Shown: piece after piece, positions 1 to 12,190 of the stretch | Numbering within the stretch: the first letter of the stretch is position 1 | How the letters are laid out: every line of letters starts with the position of its first letter | Source of the DNA: the human T2T-CHM13v2.0 reference genome, Homo sapiens | Strand: one strand, 5' to 3' | DNA length: 64,000 nt | NCBI RefSeq assembly: GCF_009914755.1 | Contig: NC_060927.1 | Position numbers and translations under genes: made by a program | The notes under the pieces: model-generated | The model's input: only the letters and a program-made list of their open reading frames with translations | The model's database searches: none | What the model was told of the DNA's origin: nothing

Positions 1-149
1 ATGTCTCCTTTTGCATCTTTGAGGTATGTACTTAAGATACCCAGCTATTTCAGCTTCTGATAAACAAGTTCTAAAATACAAAGTGAGCTTCCTATTCACA
101 TTGGAAATATTCCACAGATTAAAAATTAACTATTATTCTAAAGGCTAAA

Positions 150-200
150 ATCTATACACACAAAAATAAAGATTTCCAATGTAAATTTTACTATTTTATT
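150..200 (-). terminator. Distal poly(A) signal AATAAA (195-200) with U/GU-rich downstream element
   Basis: Minus strand reads AATAAA ATAGTAAAATTTACA TTGGAAATC TTTATTTTTGTGTGTA. Confidence 0.75.
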
Positions 201-3200
201 TGTGAAAAAACTACAAGCAGAATTCATAAATAGACATTTCTATTTAAAGCAGGAAAATGATAAAGTGGCTTCTAATAACATAGTCGTGCACATGCCAGTA
301 ACAGGAATATATTAACATCTTTTATTTGCTAGACAAAGAGCAGTGTCCAATATAAATTTCCCCCAAAACATTTAAGACCTGTGAATTTTTGACCAGTTCA
401 CAAAACCACCAACTGACACTTTAGCATGAAGAAAAAAACAAACCTAACAGACTGTCAGCTCTAAAGACATTACAGAGCAGAAACTTCCAAAAGCGTTATA
501 CAAGCTGTCTTTCTGGGCAAATGAAAAATATAGCTCGTATAATACATTAACAAAAATTCACAAGATAAGATTGTTTTGACATACTTAACAAGCATTCTCT
601 ATTTGTCTCCAACAAACAAAGCTAAGGAAATAATGTAACCATCTTTACACAGTAAATTAAGGTTACAAGTCATACACAAGAACAGAACTGCTTGCGCATT
701 AAAAACTGTTCAGCTCCATTGTCATACTCTAAATGTTGGCTCTTAAACCATTTTCGGTTACATACAAGCAAAGGTTATTATATATTCAGCAATTAATAAA
801 TTTTCAATAATTTAAGATACGGTAGCTTAAAAAAGTAGACTGAGAATGGTCTTGATAAGGCAGGTGAAACATCTTAGTGGAACTAAACTCACAGAAGCTT
901 CTGCCAATGTTTTTAAATATCCAGATTGAAACTGAAAGGTTTTGATTAGAATATTGTGTGGGTGTCAAGATGTCTTTTTTTTTGTAACTGCATGACTCAA
1001 GCAGAGCAAGTCAGGTAAGCTCTGTGTGCGCGCACACGCACGAGTGTGAAAGATTGCGTGGTATTAAAACAAATGGAAACTTGCAAGCGTAACACTGTGC
1101 TTTTTGTTTGTTTAACCTGCTTTCTGTGCCACTGAATACCAAGTATTTCTGGTCCTCTTTTAATGTATATCTTTATAATCTACACTAGTGTTTTTACACG
1201 CTGCCTACTAATTGTAGGGCATACTGCAGACACAGGAAGTTACAGGAATTCCATTTCCAGAATACATGCCTGAGGGATGTCATCAATTTCCAAAATTAAA
1301 AGTCTATAAAGTACCTACTACCTCACTACCCAACAGAATACACCACAGCAGCTAAAGGGCTGGCCCTGTAACATCTGATTGCTTAGATAACTCCCACTGT
1401 TAGCTGCGGTTTCTACAAAGATGGTAATTTCATGCCACTTGTTCTAAAGCAATCTTCTTCCCCTTCCTTCACCCCTCCCCATTCTTTAATTTATCACGGA
1501 GGCAAAACTGAAAAACCAAAACATTGGCATGAATGAATTAGCAGCCTATGAGTAGCTGGTTAATCAGCTTTTTCCACTAATCTATGGGGTCCAATCACTT
1601 TACATGAAACTAGTTTTTGAAAAAGTACACAGTGTGTCTGAACAAAGTGCATACCAACAGTTATTGGTTCAATAAGCAGTGCAACCTACACGAGTTTGGT
1701 GGCATTTAAGTTTTTTCAAAAAGTTAAAAACAGCAATTTCTTAAACCTCTGGAAAATAAATATGGCTGACTAATTTACCCTCCCTGAGACCCTTAATAAA
1801 AGGAATATTAAAACTTTAGAAGGAATGTCTTTGCAATATCCCACCAATATTAAAATGTGGATTTAAAATTCATAGTCAAATCACTATGTATTATATATTC
1901 TGATGCTTATAGAAAGCATCTGATTTCCTTTGGTTCATTAATAAATACTTTAAAAATGTATTTAAAAAGATAAGCAAAGCTTGCATCCCAGACACAAGCA
2001 TTATTTTAAAAAGGGGGGAACATTGTCCATGCATTTGAGAATAGGACCACAGCAACAAATGGCACTGCTTTATAATCTATACCTTTGAGAAAAGAATTTA
2101 AATTATGGTACATTAGTGACTACAGAATAGTTTTAATGTAAATGTGAAAGGAACCTTTCCTGTTGGCTACTCAATTCAAGCTGTTAATTTTTTTATTTGT
2201 TGCCTCCACAGACAGAAATTACTGCTATTATTAAGCAAACCAGGTTTTTAACACCAAAATGTGGTGCTTCATTACAAATCAGGCTGCCCTCCCGTGAGTC
2301 CCTAAAGGTCAAATAAAGAGAGGTAACCTCAAATTCTCATGCTTGAAATGTCTCTGAAGTACTACAAACTCTGTATCTAAATGTAAAAGTCAAATAGAAG
2401 AGAGACCCCACATCCAAACAAAAGCAAAACAAAATTTTAAAAAATTATTTTAATAAGGAGAGGTGGAATCTTATTAGTGGTCTTTGATTATTATTATTAT
2501 TATTTTTTTTTTTGCAAGACAGTAAAAAGAGTGAAGAGAATGAAATAGAACAGTTTACTCAAGCTATCTTTATGTCCAGGAAGAAAAAAGATTACATGCT
2601 GCTCGCAGTAAGTACGAGCTTTCCCTGCAACTCTGGCTGCAGGCGCGCAAGCCGTTCACCACTGGAGTTCCTACCACAGCAGGGGATTGAGAAATGTCTC
2701 CAAACACTGAAAAGCTCCATGTCAGGACTGGATGTGTGGTTGATAACCTTTGTTCAGTAAAACAAATCATAGTAGGTTTTGAGAAGGAAAAAAAGAATGC
2801 TCACAACTGAATCGGTAGAGTGAAGGTTTATCAGACAAAGGGACATGAGGCAAACAAATTTTAATTACAGAAACCACCACTGCAATGTCATGTAGAAAGG
2901 AGAAACAAGGGACTAGCTTCCTGGATGGACCAAAAATACAGTTTATAGACTGTTTCAATCCTAAAACTAAGACAATTTCTAGATTTACCTCAGACATGAG
3001 TAGACGTCTGGAAAATGGATGGAATTCAAGTTACAGAATACCATATTTTCATGAGTGCTTATGTAAGAACAGCAAATGATAACATGTAACCGTAATTTAC
3101 ACGAATACTTGGCATTCTGGAGCTACTTTAGTTACTTTTGAATGATCAAAGCCCTGCCCAACTAAACCACTTGTGATTTGTCAGTTATTCCATTGCAAAT

Positions 3201-3964
3201 GCAGGCTATCTGGAGCAGTCTTTAAATTTGAGATCACATTGTTTAAAAAATATATATTTTTATATCGTCCAGTACTCTTTAGACAGATGAGAGAGTCAAG
3301 TTCCCACATGGATTGGAACATACTTCATGTAAGACTGATTTTAATTAAATTTCAGCACTTTCATAGAAGGGACTGTCCCAGATCTGTAACTGTTCAATGT
3401 TGTATTCACTTCACAGTGTATCAAGCACCAGCGTTGCCATGGATTGGTTTCAAATAACCCTTTATATATAATTTTATATTTATATATATATAGTTATATC
3501 AAAACTGATAGTACATAGTATAACTGGAAGAAAGAACTAAACTTAAAAGGATATGCTGAAAGGATGGAGTTTGTGAACACAATAAATAAAAGTTCCCTCC
3601 CCCTCCCAGCCCTCCCCACCGGCAACAAAACAAAAACAAAAAACCAGTTGTAATGTACATGGAAAATTGTGCACAGCAGATTTTTTTTTTTTTTATAAAA
3701 AGTAGATTCAGGAGCACATCCAATTATAAATGATTGTTAGGAAAATCATATAAAACAATGGAATACATAAAAGTGTCAAGAGTAATCGTCAGGGTGCGAA
3801 ATTCCTTGGTGGCCAGATGCCCATGGCAAGCAGAAATTATCCTGGCAGCATCACTAAGAGGTCGATGTCCACAGAAGATTCTCCAGGGATGCAAGCAGCA
3901 TGGGCAGGTGGAGGTTTTGAATTTCATACCCTGATTCATAGTTTTCACAATTCCATGTGCAATT
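175..3964 (-). other. RYBP: RYBP 3'UTR (~3.8 kb, no interspersed repeats seen; 3' end approximate)
   Basis: Follows the stop codon, AT-rich, and ends at AATAAA with a downstream GU-rich element. Confidence 0.85.
321..326 (-). terminator. Second candidate poly(A) signal AATAAA
   Basis: Plus strand TTTATT at 321-326. Confidence 0.45.
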
Positions 3965-4217
3965 TCAGAAAGATTCATCATTGACTGCTGACATGTCGCC
4001 CTTTGGCGTGGAGGAACGGGAGGAGCCCTTGTCTGTGCTCTCTGACCCCGAGCTGCTCTGGTTCTGCTGTTCTGACCCTGCACTGGAGGTCACTGTGGAT
4101 GAGGATGTCGATGAGGAGCGAGTCTTTTCCTTAAAGTCTGTGATAATGACGGTGACGTTGCCCACAGTTACTGCCAACTGCTGTGCAGTGCTCCTGTCCA
4201 CGTTTTTCAGCCGGGGC
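3965..4217 (-). CDS. RYBP: RYBP last coding exon ((R)[31 protein letters not shown]...[10 protein letters not shown]), containing the YAF2/RYBP RING1-binding motif and Ser-rich tail
   Basis: Acceptor gcttctAG|G with a branch-point-like CTTAAT ~30 nt upstream; TGA stop at 3965-3967; part of ORF 3965..4354. Confidence 0.98.
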
Positions 4218-4619
4218 CTAGAAGCAACACCACAGGGGAAGAGCCAATTAAGTAAGTTATGGATCAAAAACAGCTTCTGGCAGAATATCATCAATACGCA
4301 CAAGACTTCATGACACTGTGGCAATGAATCCGAACTGCCTACCACACATGCCAAAGCCGACTACAGAGTGTGCTACTCAGTTTTAGCAATAATCCAACAA
4401 GCACGGATAGCAAAGCTTGGGACCAATGTAAAATTACTATTATCTGTTTCCTGTTCTGGCCACAGTATTTAAAAAAGAGAAAAAGTCACCAGCCCCACCC
4501 ATACTTAGCTCTTCACCTTCTTAGCCTACAAACCCAAGGCACAAAACCACCCTGGATTCATGATTACGATTAAGTAAATCAGAGCAGTGATTTAGTATGT
4601 CATTCTAGTTTCCAAGTAC

Positions 4620-4718
4620 CTTGAGGTGTGATTTGTTTCGCTGGTCTTTGTTGTAGCATTTGCAGACTGTATGCTGTTTGCTTCACTAGGAGGATCTTTC
4701 AGAATGTCAGACTTTGGT
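4620..4718 (-). CDS. RYBP: RYBP internal coding exon (99 bp; (K)PKSDILKDPPSEANSIQSANATTKTSETNHTS(R))
   Basis: Acceptor ctcatttAG|A, donor AG|GTACTT. Lies inside ORF 4592..4795 and joins both neighbours in frame. Confidence 0.97.
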
Positions 4719-4830
4719 CTAAATGAGGGAGATACAAAACAAACAAACAAACAAAAAAAACAGGCATTTAGAAGATATCTTGAATTCACTTGCAAAGTAA
4801 TATCCTGTACTTAGTTAACCAGAAACTTAC

Positions 4831-5007
4831 TTGGTTTTCTTGTTGGTATTTTTCTTGGTAACACTAGGACTAATTTCCTTGTCTTTCTCAGGTTTCTCTT
4901 TGTCCTGCTTTTCAACTTTCTCCTTCTTCTCCTTTTTAGGGGGTGGTGGGGTGGCATACTGTTGTGCCACTTGTTGTGCCACCAGCTGAGAATTGATCCG
5001 AGGTTTT
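4831..5007 (-). CDS. RYBP: RYBP internal coding exon (177 bp; (R)[58 protein letters not shown](K))
   Basis: Minus strand acceptor tttcAG|A and donor AA|GTAAGT. The translation matches RYBP as I recall it (Lys-rich region after the NZF finger). Phase 2 at both ends. Confidence 0.97.
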
Positions 5008-6090
5008 CTGAAATGTTCAAAAAATATATATCACTATTTGCTTTATAAAGTTTTTAAACATTTTTATCTGGTCTCACATTCCTTGGGTATTTTATTACTG
5101 ATATCTGCCAACTCAAAACTAAATTATAAGGTTCATGTTATTTCTGCATTATTTTGTATGGATTATTTAGTATGGATACTAAACTTTTCCTTTTTCAAAG
5201 GAAATGATACATTCACATGTGATAACACTAACATACACATCCCTGTGCAGTAAAATAGTTTTTGAGCCAATAAAACATGACAGTGTTTCTAAGAGTGCTG
5301 AGAACACTACTTCTTTCAAGCCGTCAAGATTATACTGACTGACAGCTTTCAAGTACTCCTGCTGCAGAGGGTTAATCTCATTTTATTAAATGGACACTGG
5401 TAATCCCTTGAAAAGAGAATGAAATTAGAAGTGTGACATTCACTCCTCAATCTAATTATTCCAACTTGTTCTGTTCCCCTGCAGCTCTGTGATTGGCACA
5501 GACAACACATAGAGAGCAACAAAGGTAACTATGGCTCATACTAGCTCCCAAGGGAGTGAAGACTGAAAGTCACTGTAAAAAAATCATACACAAGTGACAC
5601 ATTCATTGTGCCATAAACCATTATGTCTGTGCCAATCTCCAACTGACACTGGCTCTTAGCACTATTGTTCACAAATTCTAAGAGATGCCAAACACTTTCA
5701 CAATGCATGACCATTCACAGCCCTAAATGAGAAAGGGAGACAGGAATGCCTATGCTTTATTTCTAAATAATATTAACTCTCCAAGACATTCCCATCTAGA
5801 TAGACATTTACAATATAATAAACTCTCCAAGTTTAAGATGGAAAACAAATATACGAATGGTTCATTAACAAAGTAAAACAACTGGCTGCCACAATGTAAT
5901 AGTCCCCTTCAGAACCGACAGCTCCCTCTCCAATTCCCCAGGATGGAGAAAGGGACTGGAGAAAAATAACTGGACAGACCAAGTCTGACTCATCAATGGG
6001 AGAGTCAGCGGTGGAGGATTAGAAAACAAAAATCTAAAAACAAAACCCAAAACAAAGCTGCTGCATTCTTACCTAATGCTGCTATTCTTT

Positions 6091-6374
<284 letters not shown>

Positions 6375-7439
6375 AATGTTGCTATTCTTTACCAGGAAAC
6401 AAAATGAGAGTCACTAGGTGCATGATATGTTGGCTCCCTAAGCTAAGTGTGGTTACTGGAGCACCTCTTGGGCAGTGGCTATGATACAGCTGACAGGTGA
6501 CGCAGGAGAGGTAGGGACAGATGCTTATGCCATGACAGTATCAAAGTTAATCTGAGCATTGAACTGGGTATATTCTGAGTGTTTCAGTACTGGTCGTGGC
6601 CTCTAGCAATACAAGTTTTGGTCATGGGATGGCATACCACGAAACCTTGTATTACCTGAGCCTGGATCACAAGTGACAAGGGATGGATTCAAACACATGT
6701 GAAAGCACCCTGGAGAAGGGGCATGTACTTACTCTAGGCCCCTCTCTTCCAAGAAACACACAGGACCCCCTAGGTGAAAGGTGACTTTCCCTTTTTCACA
6801 GATTCTAACAGCAGCAGTAGCCATTCTAACACATTTTACTCCTTTTAAAGAGGAAGTATGATTGTGTTAATACTTAAAAAAAAATGACCGCTACAAAACA
6901 TTGCACATGCACTCACTGGGGCCACAGATTAGATGTCTAGAGGGATTACCAAACAGTTTAAATTAGTGCTAAAATAAACTACCATACATTAACCAATATT
7001 TAGGTGTTAAAATGAAATAATGTAGCCAGAGTTAATAATGTGAATAAACCACTCAAACTTTATGGGAAACTACACCCTGATGAAGAGTTTCAATTAAGCC
7101 AGTATGGGTACTTTACGCCAGAGAAATCTGATCCAAGAACAAGAGAGGACAGCTGAACACCAATTTAAGACTATCCTAAACACAGAGAGAATCAAAGGTA
7201 AGCCACGTGCTTGGCCCCAGAGAAATCTCAGCCTAATCACCAGGCCCATCCAATCTTGAGACGGAGGAGCCTACCTTACTCCAGGACAACCTATAAAAGT
7301 TGTCACTTAACACATTACACTGTAACTGTCAATCAACTGTGTACTACTCCACAGCAAAGACCACATTTAATCATCTTTGTCATCGTGGCATTAAGCAGTG
7401 CTAGGTACTCAATAAAATTATCTACTGGATGAATAAATG

Positions 7440-8080
7440 AACACTGCAGAGAAAGACAAAGTAGGATGCAAATTGAGAAAAGGGCCCAAGCTTTGGAAAT
7501 CGAGGTCGCTGGTGACTTTTAGGAGAGCAGGCTATGTGGGATGAGGGCGGCAAGAATTAAGAGCCTGAAGGTTGTCAGACGAAGAGCACAGGAGCTCTTC
7601 CTTACCTCAGAACTGTGGTGCTGAATTAAGAGATTGCTCTGCTTATTACCCAAGCAAACTGAGAAGAATTTCTGTAGGAAATAGGGTCTTGGATGATGCT
7701 GTACAATCAAAAAGGGAGAACGATAGAGGGCATGCAAGACAGAGAGGTTAAATCACTGGTCAAAGGGAGAGAAAGAACACAATCAAACAGAAGTCCTGGG
7801 GAAAGAAATGGGGACACTTTCTGCTGAGACATAAGAGAGATGCTAGGTAAAGATAAAGTGACATTTTTACTAGAAAGATGACAATCTGAGGACGTTCTCT
7901 CAGTTGGCCTCTCCCTTCACAGGGAGGCAGGCAATATGGCAGAGGTAGTGTAGGGGTCGTGAGCAGAATTTGGAAATGAGAAATCAGAAAAGAGATTAAA
8001 TGAACCACGGAGATCGAAAGCAGTGCCTGGTTTGGACAGTATAGGAGAAAAGAGAGCAAGTGATGAACAGAGAGAGAAAA
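7440..8080 (-). mobile_element. Degenerate L2 fragment
   Basis: Purine-rich tract with L2-like gaggtcgctggtgacttttaggagagcag. Confidence 0.5.
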
Positions 8081-9149
8081 GGAAATTTACTCGCATCTCA
8101 CAAATTACCCTTAATAGCATGAATATAGTATGCCTAAAAGAAGCAGGTCTCCACTACCCAGAGATCATGCTTATCCAAAATGACTTATTCCCTAAAACAC
8201 GGCCCGTCTGCCAGGACTATTTATTGGCACACTGTAGACAACATGTAAGGTGCCCTCTGGATGGTTCTGCCACTGCTATCATTCAACAGTTCAGCAAATG
8301 CACGCTCAGAATTCTTCAGTGCATGCAACACAATCTGGTATCTACAGGATGAAGTCTGTATGTACAAAAGGTAAATTTCAGCCATAAGTCCTCCTAAAAT
8401 GCAACATATAAGCACAACTGGGTGAATGTCTCACTTGCTCCTAAGAAAATGTTTGACTAGTACGGTGAAGCGTTTCTCCCTCTGTTGGTCAACAAACCAA
8501 AACTTCACAAATGAAAAGGCCGCAAGACTATTTGGGATCTGGTTATTACCAAGAAAAATGGGGCATCTGCTAAACTACCTGTGTTGTTTGAAAACTGCTG
8601 CTGTGTTCTGAATGTCTTCTATGTGTCCTTAAATGACAACCTAACTCTTAAACCATCACTTGCCCCCCTTCCCCACCCAAACCCCTCAACAACAGGTGAG
8701 CATTTATCATCTTAATTAGCATAACTGCTTTTTCAAACTAGTTCTCCCAATAAATGCCACAGTACTCCTAGAGTTGGGGGGCAGGGGATGAGGTAGGGAA
8801 ATTCACCTTTTGGAAGGCGAAGGAAAAGAAAAATACAAGGGCGACCAGGCTGAGCCCTCCCATATAAAGATACTGCACCATCAGAGCTGTTCTGGCAGCT
8901 CTTGAAATCTGTCCCCTCCCCACTTCTGGGCTAATACTCTCTTCGCTGCGTGGCAAGTGGAAGAATGAGAAAGTCCAATTTCCATTGAGAGCTATGCACA
9001 CTCCCACATTCCACTCCTGGGATGCTGTGCCAGGCTCTCCAGGTTGGTTAAACTTTACAAATGTACCCAACATGGGAGACAGGTAGAACCTTTTCAAAGC
9101 TATCACAGGACAGGCACATCAAGAAGTCAGAGTCAGCACAACCTCCCCT

Positions 9150-9235
9150 CAAGGAGGAACTGTCATCTCCATTTTACAAATTAGGAAGACTGAGGAGCAG
9201 AAAGAGTTAAGAAATTCATCCAAGGTTCAGCTCCA
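9150..9235 (-). mobile_element. MIR fragment
   Basis: catctccattttaca...actgagg...agagttaag core. Confidence 0.6.
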
Positions 9236-12024
9236 TCTGGACTCTTCATGGACTCCTCTTATCTTCAGGTATCCTTAAACACTCTACAGGTATGCCTTTG
9301 AAGAGTACAGCCTTGCATGTGTGTCAGGGGTGGCAATGTGAGATGAAAAGGGTGATGAGGGTACTAGGGGTTGAAAAACTCAGGTCCCCAAGTTACAGTT
9401 TAGCTGGACTCCTCCCTGAGAACACCACTGCCACCTGTTAGCCTCACCGTGCCTTACTCCGGCAAGAAGGGGACTACTTGGTTGTCCTTAAGAAAAGAAA
9501 AGGGGGCAGAGGGAACAGGCAAGAATGTTTTCCTTGCTTTCCACTGCCTTCAGAACATTCTCTGTAAGGAATGAACACCCATATTATGATATTTAACACT
9601 GCTGATGAGTGAGAAACAGTGACTTCCCACAAATTCGCATTGCTTAATGAAGTCTTCTAAGTGTCATACAACACACTGTAAATAGCACTCATTTAATGGG
9701 CAAAACTTTCAACATGTTGTGGCAAGTCATTTCTTCAATACGAAGCTGACAGTCTGAGTCTCCGAGATCATTCAAGTTTCCCCAACTAACGTTAAATAAG
9801 CAGTTAAACACCTTCACAATACAGTGGTAAATATTAGATCAGAGCCCATGGCCTACAACTTTTGGTGTCTAAGTCTCAAATTAAAACCAATCAATCATCA
9901 CCACCGCCACCACCAATCTCCAAAAAAAAAAAAAAAAAAAGACCAGAGATTCAAGATAGTAAACACAGTTTCCCTCATAAATTTAGCAAACAAGCTTTTT
10001 GTATCTTCTTCACGACTATATTTTCTTATGACAAGGGTGTCTTCTTGAAATATTATTTTACAGGTTTATTGTTGCCATTTTAGTAGCATGTAAGTGAAAA
10101 TGTGCTATGAAACTTCAATAATAGACATCATCAGGAAAATATTTATTTGCATTTAAACAGCTAACATTTTAGAAAAGAGTCCATTCTATAAAAAGTGAAG
10201 CAGATCTTTATCTGGGGCATTCTTAGTGTCTGGAAAGGAAAAACTTCAGAGAGTTCAAATGTACACGAGCACAAATGAGAACAGAAAACAAGACACCTTT
10301 TCTGGATTGCTTTGGTATGTGTACCGATACCACTTTCAGGGAGCACAGGCAAAACAGTTATTTTTTAAAGAGGCATTTCCCCCGTGTACTACTCTTGTTT
10401 TCCTTTTCCTCTTGTGCAACCTGAGATCTTACTGCTCATTTCTCATATACTTCTCTGGATCTCAGCTACCACAACGAGCAACGAGATGACAAAGCCATCT
10501 TCTTGTGATTCAGGCAATAAAGAGCAAGAAGAGTCTCTAATAAATTGTATCTTTTCCTTGATTATGTGTCCAGCTTTTCATAAACTATCAATCATGTGTC
10601 CATTGTGCTCACTTTTAATTCCACCTGGCATTTCACTTTTCGATTAAAATACCCACAGGTTGTGGAACTAAGGCAATAAACCCATCCATCTCAAACAAAA
10701 GGTACTTTACAATTAAGACAGTTCCTTACAACCTACAAAATGTCTTCATCAAATCAGCTTACATCGAGCCCTTGAGTTCTTCATATGCTGCTTTTATGTT
10801 CCCCCTAACCCTTCCTTGCCTTGGCAATCTATTAGTCTAAGAATTAGCAACTTCAAAGAATTTAGCAACTCTGGGCAAGTCACTCCACTGAATGTACTCT
10901 TTATCAGGACTCTTTATGACAGGTCACATTATGATACTGTAATTAAAAGGAGCCTTCTCACATGACCTGTTTTCCTGTCCCTACATCCAGAAGGTCATAT
11001 ACATGTACACTGTACAGACATACACATGTGCACTGGATTGGCTAGGACAGATTTTACCCCATCCAATAATGACTGAATTTTTATATTACTGATGTCCCAA
11101 AATGCATATATCCCAGGTTGGAACCTACCGAAGTATACAACTCGGCTGTTATTCTTTAACACCTGCTGACTAAAACATTCTAAAAACAAAATAGGAATGG
11201 TAGTAAAATCCAACTGCAGGAAACTAGGTGGGCCACATGTGTGAAAATGCTTTATAAACTGAACACAACTTTTTTTTTCTTTGCAAAAGTACCTTGTTAA
11301 AGACATACTGAGGCTAAATCTTTGTCTGGACTTGTCTACGATAATGTATTCCAAGTTGTAAATAACCAAATTGCAAATATGTTTGTGGAATACAATCCAT
11401 TTTTAAGTTGGGCAACATATGTATTTACTTCTAAGGAAAGCAGTGTTAAAGTGTGAAAGCACCTGAGTTGTTTTATCCCAACAGCACTGTCCAGTAAACA
11501 GTATTGGTCTCTGGCTTTGATGATTAATAAAATTTGTTTTCTGTTCACTTAACCCATACAGTCTGTTCCATTGTATTTTTTATATACCAAGGAACCTATA
11601 TGACCTCATGACTTGACTGAAGCCAACCATCATTATAATATGGATAATTAAAAACTCAACTGTCACTTTACCAGGATCATACATTGCAGGACATTATTAA
11701 TTTCCCTCTGCTTCCCAAACAGTATTGTTTTTTTGTAGTTCTTTTTTTTCTTAAATAGTACTTTCCTCTTTCATGTAAACACTTTTCTTCAATTTCTCAA
11801 ATCCTTCGACCCATCTACAAGGAGCTACTAGGTGACCTGAAGGGGGTCTTAGTCCCATTCTAGGTTACTCTTTCCCACACACATCCTTGACTCAAGAGAA
11901 TCACTCTGCTCTGTATTAGAGAACTAAAACTTCCCTCAAATTTGATCCTATCAGAATTTCAAAACTCAAGTCATCCCCTTTCTCCCTGATCTTTCCTTCT
12001 GTCATCTTCACAGGTAATAGGGAA

Positions 12025-12190
12025 ACGGAGTAGTATAAAGGAAGAGTATAGACTTTGGAGTTAAGACAGCCTTTGGACTTTATCCACACCTGCTACTGAG
12101 CTAAGGTAAATTACCTGAAATGAGAATGAGGCCACACCTATTTTCACAGGGCTGAGGTCAGGATGAAATGAGGACAAAATTAGGTACCAT
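12025..12190 (+). mobile_element. MIR fragment
   Basis: aagagtatagactttggagttaagacag...cacagggctgaggtcaggatgaaatgag. Confidence 0.6.

Noticed and set aside
3957-4313. 118-aa plus-strand ORF antisense to the last exon
   Set aside because: Shadow of the Ser-rich coding strand; non-ATG start and no independent support.
4218-4354. Open frame extending upstream of the last exon (possible alternative acceptor)
   Set aside because: The nearest upstream AGs would add 56 or 59 nt, which is out of frame; likely chance absence of stops.
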